This document shows positions 35,773 through 50,980 of a DNA stretch of 64,000 bases, one piece after another. This stretch comes from Eutreptiella sp. 'Long Island Sound 2002' (taxonomy: Eukaryota > Protista > Euglenida). The notes under the pieces are model-generated. The model did no database searches, was not told where the DNA came from, and saw only the letters and a list, made by a program, of their open reading frames with translations. Position 1 is the stretch's first letter; the number at the start of each line of letters is the position of its first letter. A program made the position numbers and the translations under genes. Location: the NCBI GenBank assembly GCA_964036045.1, contig OZ038378.1, forward strand, positions 188,914,001 to 188,978,000, read 5' to 3'.

Positions 35773-38700
35773 TCTGTACTTTTAGAGGTGGATCCTTGTG
35801 CAGCGTTGGGCTGGACGCCCCATTTGGCTCAAGTCTGCCAAGGCCTCTGTGGAACGTTGGTCCCCTCCCTTCTGCGGAATCAGAACCTCAGTGGTTTGTT
35901 GGTTAAGTAACCAGAGTGTTGGCTCTCCCGTGCCTCGTCAGAAAAAGCGGGCGAGCTACGGTGTCCTCGGCAGCATTCTCCTCCAGCCCCTGTGGGACAG
36001 GCACTGGGGGGGACCGGGGCGGTGGTGTTTTTGGCCTCCTGCGTTTGGGGGCTGGAGGGGTGATTGGTTGGTGTGGGGACCTCAGCAGACCTGGTGAATG
36101 CCGTGTAGGCCTTTGCACGCATGGTTTTTTGTGGGGCAGAAGCGATTGCGTAGGAAGAGCACGTTTGCGGTGTGTTGGCACTGGGGTGCACACTTTGTGG
36201 TGCCCCCTTTGGCAGCAATGGCGCACTCCTCTCTGTTTGAGGGTGCATCTCGGGCAGGGGGGTAAAGTGTGTAGCGGGCACAGTTGCAGTTGAGGCCTGC
36301 GAGCTACGTGATCATCTGCATGGTGGCCCAGCTTACAGCACTCTTCGGCTGTCCTCCGCAGCCGTTTGCATGTCATACATGCTGAGGCAGAGTGTACAGA
36401 GCACTTCGACTGAGCAGGCGTAGGCTGCGCTGCTCTGTGTGCGGTTGTGTGTGTGCGCGTGCCTGTGTAGGGGCGCCGTGGGAGTCGTCCATCCCCAATT
36501 CTTGGAAAAAAGTCTGCCCCGAAGGAAGAGCTAGACCCCCCCCCCTTTGGCAGATATCATTTGTTCTGACGATGGTGCCAACCCTGTCTGCAGGTTACCC
36601 TGCAGCGCACGATGCAGCCTGTGGTCTTCTACTTCCTGAGCTGACTTTCGTGGTCTGTATGCATACGAGCGTAGCGCATGCGTTCTGTGTATGCCGACCT
36701 TAGCGGTCCACGCGTGCTCACGGTATTCTGTCAGCTTCTGGATATGTGTGTGCTGCGCATTCCTACAGGCAAAATACGGGCGACGGTTCAGGCCGCACAG
36801 TGCAGGTCCTCCCAGGGGAACCAATGAGTTACATTGTGTAACAATGCGTGCAGGGTGCAATTGGCCTTTGGTGACGAGTCGTTGCGCACTGGTAACTGCC
36901 AGTCGTAGCACCCTGCCTCTCTCTTGTAGGGGAAGGGTCGTGCCCTTGAACTTTGCTTGTGGCGCGTGCGGTAGGGTGCGTTGGGCAAACTCTTCAAAAT
37001 CCTAATCTAAAAAAGTAACTGTGCCTGGTTCCTGCGTCCAGGTCAGTGCTCTCAGCCATCGCAGGAGGTCAGCCAAAAAGGGCAACTCCCATTGCCATTC
37101 AGGCTTTTTCAGGGTGCGCAACAGTAGCGTGCCTTTCTCTTCCAGCTGTGGCAGAGGTCCTACCAATTGATGGTAGGGGTACTGTCGGATTTGCTGCGAC
37201 AAGTTCGATCCTGTGAAGATGGCCGGGGACTGTGTATCTCTCAGTTTTCATGCTTGCAAAATGACTACAAACATAGTATGTAAAGCACTCAAGAAGTTGA
37301 GGGCTGTTCCTGACTTAATACACTCTTGAGGCATCTCAGGTGCCAACCCACAGCACCGCAGGCATGGTGGCCATTGGTCTGGGGGGGGGGGGGGGTAGGC
37401 ATGGTATGTGTGTAGCAGCGTCCAGGACGCTAGGCAAATGGTTTGCGCGTGCTGTGTGCTAGGCAGCAAAGTGCCAGAAAATGTGTTCCTCGTCCTCCGG
37501 GGCACCGCCACAAAAAAGGCATGTGGAAGTGGTGTGCATGCCTCTCTGATATGCCCTAAGTGCTGTCCATGTCGCCCCCGAGAGTATGCCTCGAAGGATG
37601 GACCTTTGGAGTTCGGTGGCAAAACCTGCTATGTTGTGCTGTACCAGCCGTCTGCATGTGGCATAATGGGCCCCCGCAAAGAGTCGGGGTCGGCGTTGGA
37701 CTAGGGCGTCCAACATTTGTGACCGAAGTTGTTCACGCACCTCGTGCTTCACTGTGTTTTTGTCCCCGTAAAGGAGGAGGGGGTCACTTCTTCCGGGAAC
37801 TGTCCATCCCCACCATCCCTGTGTGGCCACCCACCCACATTCGTGTGCTGTGTGTATGGCTCGGCCGTACGGGCCAGATCCCTTGTGACTTTGGGTCGTT
37901 TCCCAAATAGCCTGAGCACTGATTTGACTCGCGCCTTTGGTGCGGCACAACTGAGCCAACCAAAGAATACGGTGATATTTGAGCACCAGAGTTGGTGCAA
38001 TTCTGTGTCCCTTGCAGAGTAAGGTAAAGAAAATCTCCTTTGCCCTGCCAGGCCATGATGGTCCCCACATTGTCTTCATTACCTTCGTTTCAAAAGGCAA
38101 CAGGTCTTTCGGCCGCAGGGGCACTATTTCCGCAGCATGCAGGCCAGTGGTCGTTATCATTGCGGAAACGACATCACATCTGCGCTCAAAATTTCCTTGT
38201 GCACCATGCACTCTGTCGAGCAAGCTGCAGACGCTAGAAATGCGCTTCAGTATGAGGGGTCCAGAACACGTAGCATCAGTGGTGCGAACACCAGTGCCCG
38301 GCGACTTAAATTCTGATGAAATGGGGAATGGTACCCCCTGCAGTGCAGCCCGTACCGGATGCCGGTCATTGGACGAAAAACCGACCGATTTCTTAGCATT
38401 AACTCCCTGACCTGTGTCCTCCAACCAGGTGGAGGTGCAGTCTAACAGCGGGGTGAGGGTGTTGTTTCCAGCTGCAAACCCATAGGTATCATCTGCATAC
38501 CCAAGGGCAGTCAAAATGTAATGCAGGGCCTGTGCTGGCTGATCCCCGGGGGGGAGCCTTTGCACTGTGACTTTGATGCCCTGCTGCTGGGCATCCAGCA
38601 CGCGTTTCCACACACTGGTCATGAGGTTGATGAGTATGACGCTCAGCGGGCAACCTTGAAGGATGCCGTTTGTGGCATCAAAAAAGCTGGCGCAACAGCC

Positions 38701-39185
38701 CATAATCTTGAAGCATCTTGTGAGTGTATGATACATGCCTATGAGTGCTCTATGTGTCCCCAAATCCATTCCCTGCATGAGGGCGATGTCAAGGACAATG
38801 GACTGTGGAAAGAGATCAAAACATTTTATGTAATCTAATCCAAAACCATGTAGGACAATTTTCATGAGTTTGTGAAGCTCAATAAGCATAGAAATGAAGC
38901 CGGTTGCATCTGCGCCCCGTTTTTTTCTGAATCCATACGTGTGTGGATGGATCCACTGTTCCTGCCACAACATACATTCCTCCTGGCGGATTCTAGCCCA
39001 GACCCGGTAGATTTGCGATAAAACTGACAAAGGTCGCTGCTGCATTGGCAGCATACCCTCCCCTTTTGGGATTAAAGAGACGTATCCCCTGGCCAAAACA
39101 CTTGGCCAACAACCCGTCTGTTCAATGAGCTGCAGGATGTCAGCAAGCATATCCAGCAGACAGATAGGCAACAACAACAGATCAG

Positions 39186-39255
<70 letters not shown>

Positions 39256-42200
39256 GTGTGTGCGTGCGCGCGCGTGTGTGTGCGCGTGTGGGTGGGTAAT
39301 GTGAGCTGGGAGTTGTGAGATTCACCCAGTCACAGCCAGTTAGCAGCCTATTCCGAAACGCTTTACTGAGAGCGGGTGGTATAGTGTAGGTTTGCAATGT
39401 AGAGTGGTGGTATAGAGTCGCAGTATGGAATTGGGGAATCAAGTAGCGCTATGGAGTCACGCTATGGAGTCACGGTATTGAGTGGCGGGATAGAGTAGTG
39501 GTATAGAGTGGCGGGATAGAGAGGCCGGAGAGGATTGCAGTATGCCATTGTGGTGAAGAGTGGTGGTATAGAAATGCGGTATAGAGTTGCAGTATGGAAT
39601 TGTGGTACAGAGCGGCAGTTTAGAATAGTGCCATAGAGCGGCGGTACAGAGAGGTGGTATGCTGCCAGTACAGAGAGGCTGAATGGAGTTGCGGTACGGA
39701 ATTGCGGGAGACAGTGGCGGTATGAAGAGGTGGCATAGAGGCGGAATAGAGTAGTGGTATAGAGTGGCGGGAGAGAATGGTGGCATCTAATGGCGGTATA
39801 GAGTAGTGGTATAGAGGGGCGGGATGCAGAGGCTGAATAGTGGTGGTACAGAGAGGCAATAAAGAGAGTCAGTATAGAAACGCGGCATAGAGTGGCGGGA
39901 TAGAGTGGCGGTATAGATTGGGATTGGGTTTGGAGCTTTAAAGTGGGCTATCCCTAGTTCACAGGCCATGCAGGCAACGAGGCCTATGGCTCTAACATAC
40001 CAATGGCTTACAATGTCTCAGAGCCCAACGCTAGGAACTCCGTGCACAACCAAAGCCCAATCAGGGCAATCTGAACACATCCTAGAACATCGCCGCTCGG
40101 GCCCAATGCTGCAAACAGGTCTCATCCGCAGGGTCTAACGCACTTGGGAAGCGCAGGGCGCAGACTAGCTTTGACGGAATGCAATGTAACACGCCAGTGT
40201 GTTGTGAACTTCGGTCTTCACAGTAGACAGCAACACAAAAGGCATCGGCGGAACACCATGACCATCACTCCAGGGACCAGGTGGGTGATGATTCTCGTGA
40301 GTCATGCCTCACACAACAAACGCGCAAACCACCTGTGGAGAAGGCAACCAGGGCACTACACGCAGCAAAATTTCAGAACATCCAGTGATACATCCGTTTG
40401 GAGTGTGTCGTTGTTGAAGAGAAGACGTATTACCCTGCACGCGCAGGCAGTGCTTAAAGAACATCATTGATCACCGCAAGTCGGCGGTTAACAGGCGGCC
40501 CCGAGGGGCTGACCTCAGTGAAAGAAAACAAAACTCGGGTTTTAAGGACCCCCCCCTCCCCTGGTTGTGGACATCGGCGTTCACAGTTGTTGGAAAGACA
40601 ATAGAGCGTGGATGCAATACTGTCAACATCACTCCCCGGGACCGTATGACAATCCACGGCGTCACGGTTCGCGGGCCAAACCAAGATCGACCAAATGATG
40701 CGCTTTGGAGTCTGAAGAGTGTCTTTGCGGACTGCAGCTGAGTTGATGCCCACCAACTCAGGATGACCCCAGGGTGGGGCACATTCCCAGTCCCATTTGG
40801 TGTCATGCGCAACACGGGACCAGGATCCTACACCCACTTTCCACATTCAGAAGTGGCAGGAGTGGGTGGGGGTTGTGCAGCGTGACATCAGAAAAGTTGG
40901 AGGAGGTTGCCAGAATGGCTGAGTAGTAGCTAGCCGTGCGGGACGCGGGGGGGGGATTACAGGAGGAGGAGCCTCCGAGACTTTGAATCCCCTCACCCCG
41001 CTTTTGTTGCCACGATATGCCATGGGGTCGGGGATGAGATGGCTGGTTTCAGCTGACGCTTCTGCTGACCACCTGGAGACATACCAGGACGCTCATTCTT
41101 GTGATGGAATCCTCCATCTCACCCCGCTTCATCTGCCTCGCCTTGACGCTACCCAACATCTTATCCAATTCGTTTTTGCGTTTTGTCTCCCACACCTGCA
41201 GTACACCAGTGCCTCCAGACCCGCACCTGGCTGAAACCAATGCCATCAATAAGTTTTATCAACCGGCATCTGGGCTCAGCAGTTGCGCGAGACCTCACAA
41301 GCTCTGCATTAGGCTCGATGTCTCCGGTCGAAGACGGGGGTGGCTCACCAAGTTCCTGAGACCGTTGCAGAGGCCAAACTGACCAAAGTGGGGGGACTGC
41401 GCAGGGAAATCGAAAAATTGGGACTGCAGTTGTGGTTCGATTGGCTGTTCAAGATTTGATAGCGTGGTTCAGCACTGTTTAAGGCTGGTTCGGGTTCAAC
41501 CACCATCAACCTTTCTTGACCCTTTCCTCAACCCTCAAGAGCCCTCAACAACCCTCAACAATCCTCTACAACCCTCTACAACTGTGTGACCAGCCGCAAG
41601 CAAAGGCGACGGCCACTACGTTGTCCCTGCCATTCACCGTTCACCATGGTCATATGCATTCTTTCAGCCTTCCCTCTCATCTCGCACAAAATTTGCCACT
41701 GTTTTGGTGTTCCACCACAGAGGGGAAAACCAGCACTGCGCTGCATCGGCAACGCACGGCACGCGCATTTTCACAGCAGCAGGCATGCGGTGCTCAACGG
41801 ATCAGTACAAACGCCCGCAGGGTCTCCTTTTTACACCAGGAGTCTTCAATCCTCCACTCCACTTCTTCACCAAAACAATGCTGGCTGCAGCTTCACACAC
41901 CCTCTCCAGAGGAGGGCCGTAGGAAGAGGAAGAAGACCATGCCAACATGTATGCGATGGCCCGCTGTACATGATGGCCCACTGTTGCATCCATCACGTGC
42001 CAGGAAACATCCCTCAATCGGTCCCACTGTGCGTGTTGAGGTGTACAATCACAAACGGCGGCATTTCAAGACAAAAATGTATGAGAGACCCTGTCAGGCC
42101 TACACAACAAGCATTGACAGGACGACACTACACCAGTGACCGCATCATGCCCCCAAAAAAAAAGAAAACCAAGCGTGCGGGTCTCTATCCCTGTGTTTGG

Positions 42201-45200
42201 GGACTTGGACTCACAACTCCGCACTCAGCTCCATCCAGGGCAATGGCATCCAGATGTGCCCCCGTTTGCCAAGAAGGTGCGTGATCGCAAATTTTCGATC
42301 CGGCTGCTCTCCCACAAACTCTAAGTATGCTTCTGTAGAGTGGTGTTTGCAGTCCTAATACCTACAGGTAAGGCACACGAAGGAATGTTGTTACTCCACG
42401 GAAAAGGAACGGCTTCAAATACACCCAGAAATGCTGCATGCGCACCACAGGACGCATGTGCGCACGGCGCCTAGTTTTAAGGTACTCAGACGACCCTAGC
42501 AATCCACGTGACTGCTGACGATGCTCAACATGTGCCACCCCATTCCTTCTCTGTGTTTCTCCTCCCACAACCCGAGTGTCCTCCATCAATGTCGACGTTG
42601 CGCCATGAACCCACAATTCCTGTATTATATTGACATCTTCGCACAGCCGTTCCCATTCCTCAGATAACCACTCGTCAGGTTTCCCTGATCTAGTCCTCCG
42701 CCGTGGCAGAGTGCTTGCACGCCGCACTGAAGACTATTGCTGGGTGGATCCTAAATGTGTTGGTGCCACGACCTCCACACTTTCATATGGTGCCTCAGGG
42801 ATATTCCGGAACCAACAGCTTCTGAGCCCTAAGCTGTGCATCTGCCATGCAGCCTTGATCTGCCGCCCTAAATGTACATTGCAACACTGTGCTTGGAGAA
42901 CACGGCCCTCAGCGAGGGTGCACTTGCTGGTTAACGGGGTTTCCAGGACTGATGGACAGCCTGGGTCAGCCTGAGCCATGCTGCAACACACACCTTCTTC
43001 CTTTCCGCAGGGAGTGTGACCAGACGGTTCTTGAGGTTCTCCATCTGTGCCGCAGTCAACTGAACCTTCGCTCCCTCCCACTCCTTCGCCCGTGCAGCTT
43101 CGGCTTTTTTCTGGAAATCCTTTTTCTGGGCATACATTCATTCAGGGCCATTGGGTGACTCACAATCGTGAAGAGGAGTTAATGCAAGGGTTTGGGAGGG
43201 CTGTAGAGGAGTGCGGGCAGGCAACAACAAAGGGATGGATATAAAGGGGGGAGGTAAATGGGCAAGGGGAACTGGCACGGGGACTCGTTCAAGTAAACAG
43301 ATCGACAAACATCCCCTCGCCATGCACACGCATTCCACATGGAGACCAGAAGACCGGGAGGGAAACAGAAAGCACACATACAGTGCCATGTGTTGCTGCC
43401 ATGTGAGCAGTGACAAATGCAAAGGGCAAAGAGAGGTGTGTGAGGGATGTGTGGAGCACTCAGAGCTAGAGCTAGAGGTAGAGCTGGTGCCGTTGCCGGG
43501 GTTGTTCTGCGGGCCTGGAACCATTACTTCGGAACCACGAGTGACTGATGGTTCCCCGACCCCCCATACCACCCCATCCCCCCTCCGAAAATGCACGGCA
43601 TTATATCCAACCCTCAGCAACAATGGGGCTGGGATGGCTGACGTGCCCAGGACAGATACCCAGAGCTGCAAGCACTAATCACTCTCTGGCCCAACAATCA
43701 GGGCCCACAATCCACCCATCCTTCCGTGCACCCCTCCCTCCCTCCCTCTCTCCCTCTCTCCCTCCCTCTCATCCCCCGTGGGTGCACTAGTGGCAAACAC
43801 TATTGACCAAAAGTATTTACACGTAAAGCACAAATTACCAAAGGCCAAAATTAGCCAACAGAGCCCATTGTTTTGTAAGTTTTTTGGGCAATTTTTTGGT
43901 ATCGTAGCAAAGGGGACGTCACCTTTCCTTGCCACAATGCAGCACAATGCAACGGAAAACCGATGTGAGTTGCACCATTCATAGTTTACTTAATGGGTGG
44001 CAGTGGCTGCAGTGTGATCCAAGCAACAGCCATCACAAACAATAGAGGCAACACTATTTGCAGTCACTGGCTCACAACTGGGCTGGGCTCTCAGTTTGGT
44101 GACAGCATCTTGAACTTCAGCACACTCAGCCTCGGATAGAATCCTTTTGCGACCTCGTTTCAGGGTGTGAAAATAATCACCATTTTTTTTTAAATACTTC
44201 AGCCACCCATAAACCATGTGCTACCCCAACCTGTGCTCCCTCTGAGCCCCAGCAATGCCATGTTGCCTGGCCCAATCAGTAACTGTTGTGATGTACCCAC
44301 TCCAATTGTGCCAGAGGGCTGAAAAACCAGGTCCCGGCACGCATCCACGACGTCAGTCGGAACAACATGCACATCCATGACAAAAATAGACCGTGCAAGA
44401 AAGAGAGGGCCTACAGCGGGGGAAAAAATGATCAAGACCTTGGGACCAGGAAGTGGGGTAAAACCAGAAGTACCAAAGTATCCTTATTTTTTTGGTTAAT
44501 TTTTTTGGGTAATAATCTTTTGGGTAATATTTGCCTTGGGTAATTTTTGCTCGGACTGCAAGTAGGTGCAAATAAAACAGACAGATGGATGGATACAATA
44601 GATTGCGCAACATGCAGAATTGGAGCAGACCCCAAGACCCCCAATGCAGCGCGGGAATGCGCCCCAGGGCCCCAATGTTGCACAAGATGACCCAGTGCTG
44701 CATGGGAGGGCGACCCAAAGACCCTTGGAGAGGACGCCAGCCCCCAGTGGTCCTCAAGATGCGAATTGGGAGGGAACCCAAGAACCCCGGTGGAAAATAA
44801 AGTGTAGTGCACAGGCACAGGGCACGCTGGTGCAAGTGCAAGAGCCAGGTCGCTAACACACAATTGCACCGCAAAGAGTAGTGGGAAAACCCAGTCTACA
44901 ACTCCAAAAGTGGCAGTGAGCGACAGGATTGGTCATGGTGGGCGCTAAGGTGCTATTCCAGAACCAAACCCGTGGCAGAAGATGTGGGTGTGGAGGAAGT
45001 GGACAGGTTCCGCCAGGTTTCCATAGCTTGGACTCAGGTGCCGGGAAATGGGCGGGGGGGGGGCCTTCGAAGGGCAGTCCCCAACATATGTGCCTCGTTA
45101 CAATCAGTGTGTTGTGTGGGTGCTTCTAACTATACATATTGTGGGCTGAAGATCGTGATTATTTCCCTCGCCCCTGTGGCGCCGTGTTCAGGGTTGTTGC

Positions 45201-48200
45201 AGCCCAAACAGTTTCTTTGGTATGTTTCGCGCCCTGTTCTCATCAGTTTTCCATTGGCATAGGTTCGGGGTGTTGGAGTCCAGGCCTACACATCAGTCCA
45301 GCGCCCCCTGCTTCCCCCCCTCCATGCCTTAGAGGCCTGCCAACACCAGCTGGACCGATCCCACAGGTAACTGCCATTGTGCCATCGTTCAAGTTTTGAC
45401 AAGGAAAATGTTTTTGATTGTTTGCCCCCAGACAGTGGGGAAATGTGTTTTGGTGGGTGAGAGTGGTACTCACAAAGGCTGCTTCTGCCTTCGTGGCCTG
45501 CAGGTGACGTGGGCGGGTGGGGATGGGGGGGCAACATATATGCCTCAAAACGTTCGCCACCTTGCGCTGGGCACCTGTGGTATATATGTTGAAGTGATAT
45601 GTTGAAGTGGGAGGGGGGTGGGGGGGGGTTGGCTGTGCTGAGGTGGAGGTGGGGGTGGGGGCTGGGGGCTACAGTGCCAATGTACATGATCTCACTCCAC
45701 AGCTCAACCAGGGGAGTGGTTGCTTGAGCCTTGTGACGTGACATGACGTTTTCCCACAAAGGAAAATGATTTGGTTGTTGCTTTGGCCTTGGCGAATTTG
45801 TGCACTGTCCTTGCAGTCTCCGGTGGGACGCAAAAGCCCCTGCTTCCTGGTGCATGCCTGCTTGCACATTTGTGGACCCTCACAGCCCCAAACTGTGGGG
45901 AAACTACACGCTTTGAGCGATTGCAGCTCAGCACAAGAGGGATACCCTTGAAAGAGCAGCAATACACATCCTATGTACCCACCAAAACATGATTGCTGCA
46001 CCAGCTTTTGTGTGTGCTTTTGCGGAAATGACACAGAACGAACCCCATGTTGACACAACGTCTGGGACCAAATGGCAACGAAATACTCCAATACCCGAGG
46101 TAGTGGAGCAGTTCTGCATCGTGGCTAGCGCCGTCCTGTCGTGTGGGACTCTGTTCAACCCCTCTTGCCCCTGAAATGTACGATCCCCTGGAAATACGTT
46201 GCTGCGAAGATAACGAGGCTATCTTTCACCATGCAGTGTGCAACCTAACACTGCCCATTATTGAAGGTACGTATTGAAGGTATCCTCAGCGCTACGAACG
46301 CGCCCGATCCCTGGAAGTCCCCGCAGCGACACACGCAAGGGGCATCACTGATAATGACTCGCACAAGGACGCCAGCCCCCAGAACCTGCTGCGCAGCCAT
46401 GTTTCCGGACCCCTAATTCCCCAATATAAAGGACCCCACACACAAAGGTCTTCAGAGGCTATATTGTCAGCGAACCCTAATGCTACCCCCATTATTGATG
46501 CGGAGTAAATCATGGTGGTCCACGAGCACCGTTGTTGCTGACTTCCCTCTTGGGGGGGGGGGGGGGGAGATGCATCAGCAAGCAAATGGGAACTGACCCG
46601 GAGGATGGCCAGATCATAAATGCGTCCAAGGAGCTCCTCTTGTTGTTCGGCGGTCGGTCTGCTCTTCTCGGGCTGTGGCTCCACAGCCTTAAGAATCGTC
46701 TCAATCTGAAGAACATGCACAGCAGGAGACCTTGCAGGGTGCCCCCACCCGCCCGACGGCCACCCTCTCGAGTGAAACTCTGCCCCTTCCCCTGTCAGCC
46801 CACCCTCCCCGGGCCTTTATCTACTGCAGCGCACACCCCACCCCCAGAGGCGGGGGGGGTGTGGGGTCTGTGTTGTTCGTTTAGCTGTTTCGAATGGGTT
46901 CTAAGAATATTGCGGGCCAAAAAAAGGCTATTTTGGATCACGAAATGCGCAGATTTAAAGGAGGGCACTCCCCGATTTAGCGCCACCGCGCCGGGGCCCC
47001 ACCGTTGAGTTTTTGACCCCAAGCCTGGATTGGGCAAGGGCCCCACCTAGGGTCTAGGATGGCCAGAGTAGAATAGTGAACGCAGCATTGAGAAGGTTAT
47101 GGCCAAAAGGGACAGAAGAAGTGCTTGCTTGCAAGTTTGCTTGCTGCATGTTGTAAGCTAGATTCCAGGGGAGAGGGGTGTAGTAAGATATACGATCACA
47201 CGCCAAAACTCATGCTTTCTCGTTATGTCGGCAAGTCAATTATCTTCAGCAATATCATTCTCATCACTCCTGTTGTGTAGCCTTCTTCGCTCATTGTGAA
47301 TATTATTGTGCCACTATTTCATTACTAGCATGGCACACAGCGGTGCAGTTTGGTGATGTGTTGCGGGTATATTGGTCATTTTCCTATTGGCAGGTATGTA
47401 CCTGCCGCCGCGGGTGTGCACCCGCCACTGCCGCAGCATTATTGGTGGGAGTGTTGTTGGTCGATATTTATTGTTGCATTGTATGGTACTGTCACCTAGT
47501 TGCCACGGCAAGCAGAAACAGCACCAAAAGCACCGCCAGAAAGGTCTTTTAATTTTAGGTCTCTGTAGCAACGTCTCTCATCCTTGCTTTTGTGTGGTGT
47601 CTTTTTGCTGTATCACCAATCATTGCTTGACGTTGCAAGTTGCATGTTCGTCTTTCACAATGCAATGGCCAACCCTACTTATTGCTCATGCTTTTTGAAT
47701 TGCCTTTAACTGCCTCCTTATTGTACTACAGAACAGGTTTTGAATCGGCTTTCTGATCATCCATGGACACCGAGTGTACTAAAAATGGGAATATAGCGCA
47801 ACAAAAAGTAAAAGAGTTCAAACATTGCTCTTTACTGCAATAAACTTAGCACAAAGGGGTAAAATCAAGCATTGCAAAACGTGGTGCCAAATACACCCCG
47901 CCGTCACTGCACCGTTGAGACACAAGGCACCCTTGCCGGCCCGTTGTTTGGTGATACCTCCCCACACACCGGGTATTGATCTGCCCATCTTGCTCTTACA
48001 ATCATCAATTGATGATACCAATGCTACTTTAGATGCCATCTTTGCCTGATGCTTTGGGTCGGGCTTGCTTGGCATTCCTCGGCCACAACAGACTCTTCAT
48101 GCATGCCCATCTGTTTGCCAACACAGGGGGCCCACTGGGCCCGGTCCGTGAACACAACCCCCCACACACAGGCCCGCTGGAACAGGGGCACCTCCGCCCC

Positions 48201-50945
48201 CCCCATCCCACACCCCCCACGTCCCGGCAACAGTGACTGTCAGTTCCGCTCCACCCGGATCCTTCCACCTCCAACTGCGGCTGCAACGCATTTGTAACCG
48301 CCGCGTTCAGCTCTCAACTGTCAGCTCCCAACCGCTTTTGGAGGCATTTGCCGCAGTACCCTATGCCCTCCCTCTCCTCGCAGCGCAGGCCGCCCCCCCC
48401 TTCTTTGTGAAAGTCAGTCACCCAGTGGCGCCCAACCATGCGCACGCAGAAACAATTATCGGTGGGCTCTCCAAGCAATCACTTGAAAGGGGAGAAGGGA
48501 CACTCATCATCATCCCGTTGGTTTGACATGCGTTCCGCCCCGACTGCGTCTGTCCATACCAGACGGCCCCCTCACCGTTTGGTAACGGCCAGGCCCTGCC
48601 CCCAGCCGCTCTCCCAACACCCAGCGACCGCTTTGGCAACCACTTTCGAACCGCCCCTTCAAGCCCCCCCCCCCCCCTCAAGCTCCCTCCCTCTGCCTTT
48701 GCCCCACTCCCTCTGTCCGTTCCTCCCCTCGTCCCTGTCACCCTCTACCTCCCGCCGTTCCAGTCTTCGCATTGCTGGCACGTGCTTGACAGCCCTACAC
48801 GCAGTACCCCCCTCCTCCCACGCACGCAGGCATGGGGAGGACAGCATGCAGTGCAGGGCTGCAGAGGGCCTCACTACCTGTTTGAGCGCTGGGGATGGAC
48901 GGGCGTTGGGGGGGGGGGGGGTCTGTCCCCATTGTGTGTTCAATGTTCAATGGGGGACGCAGCTGATGCAGGGCGAGGTGCGCAGGGTGTGTCGCGCCAT
49001 TAAGGACCTCAAGGGGTGAGGGTCATCTGGAGCCCCGGCCAATCCCAGCCGACCCACTCAACCACACCAACCAACGGACTTTAGACCAATTTTCCTCAGC
49101 GAAAACACGAAATGTATCAAACGGGCCCGAAATTGGAGGCTGATTTTTGGTACACTTGTTTTTGCCCCCCCCCCCATGGGGGGGGGGGGGGGGGGCTTTT
49201 TTGCCACGAGGCAATGGCCCAGTGTGTGTGCACGAGTTTGAATTTTGAAGGGTCCAGCATACAAGAAATTTTTTGTTGTCCACAAATCCTTGAATCTCAG
49301 ACCCCACCCCCTACCCCTGCTACAAAGTGTGTCTGGATGGGAGTGAGGGGATGGCTGGAGGAGGCAGGAAGGGTGAAAGGAGAGTGGAGCAGGGCGGGCA
49401 TGTGGAGAGCACAGGGGGGCGTCTCCTCGCTTTTGTACGCGACCCCCCCCAAGTAGAAGTCGGCCGAAGGCCCCTAGGGGGGGGGGGGGGGGGGGTTCAG
49501 GGAGGGGGGGCCAGCCGGGAGGGTCGGTTGGGGGGGGGGGGGGGTCCAGGTGGGGCACTTTGGGGGGGGGGGGTTGTCACAAGGTTGGGCTGAACATCAT
49601 CCACCAAATTTCATTCATGGCTGCTTTTGCCACATCATTGCTCTCCATTTTGGACCCCAATACTCACTCTAACCCTAGCCTAGGGTGAGAGCTTGGGCTA
49701 GGGCTAGGGCTAGGGCTAGGGTCACCGAGCTGGTGGAACCAGTCTTGGTTTTACAACCCTTTTTAGTGTCTAGGGTGGACCTACCAGGTTTAGCAGCAAG
49801 CAGCAAGCAAGCAAGCAAGCAAGCAGCACGCGCGAAATGGGGAAAAATCAGAACTCCGTCGTGGTGCTTTGGATTTGGTTGAAATTTTGGTGCATGATAC
49901 CTATGGGTGTGAAGTACAATCACACAAAGTTTGAGCGAGAAACTCAACGGTGGCGGCCGGGAACGGGATTCGCAAGTGGCGGACCTCAGTTTCAAAAGTT
50001 GCAGTTTAGGGCCAAAAACAGCCATTTTTGGGCCAAAAAAAGCCCTGGCACACATTCAAAACAACCCAACGAAGGGAAACGGTGGGTACACTTCATGTGC
50101 GGCTTGACTTCCCCGTGTCAACCAGCTCTTTGCGGCCCTCTAACTCCATGATATGTCCCGGAAACGGCCCAAAGAAGCTCCAAATGCCGACAGCCACAAA
50201 CCAAGAATAGGCCATATCTTTGGCTACATGGCTCAAAATGCGATTCTGAGGGCACCAACTCCACCCGCAACCCCCCACTTTTTGTGGTTTCCACCCCTCA
50301 AAATTGTGCATACGGACACCTAGACCCCAATACCTAGGCCCATTAGGCTGCGGCAAGCGGCAAGCTCAAGCCCAAACAGGTGGGTGCCCAAATGGGTCAA
50401 CAGGGTCCAGTAGGGGCAAAAAGATGACTTTTCTCAAAAATGATCCTAGACCATGTGCGGCGCTAAAACAAGTGTTTTTGGACCGTTTTGAGCTTGTGGT
50501 GGCCCATTTTGGTCCTCCGAAAATCCCAAAATGCCTTGAAAATGGGCTGTTTTGGGACCAAAAATGGGTCAAAAATGGGTCAAAAACGCATTTTTCCAAA
50601 CCTCATCGTAGACCATTTGGGGTGCACAAACGGGTGAAATGAGCCCATTTTGAGCCCACTTTGGGGCATTTTGGCCCCTCAGAAGTCCAAAAAGCCTTGA
50701 AAGTGGGCCTCGTGGTGATGGGGTTCAACTTGCAAGCTGATTTCACTTTGTCAAGAGCCATCAATGTGTAAATCATTCTTGATGTCCCTCACCAGTCATA
50801 GCTGATGTTCCCTCCCCCACCAGCTCGGTCCCAATATTCAGTCTTGATTAGGGTTAGGGCTAGGGTCACCGAGCTGGTGGAACCAGTCTTGGTTTTACAA
50901 CCCTTTTTAGTGTCTAGGGTGGACCTAACAGGTTTAGCAGCAAGC

Positions 50946-50980
<35 letters not shown>

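Noticed and set aside
42100-43150. Coding-like remnants (MPPKKKKTKR; KPDEWLSEEWERLCEDVNIIQELW; KKAEAARAKEW)
   Set aside because: Fragmented across frames and strands; no family could be assigned.
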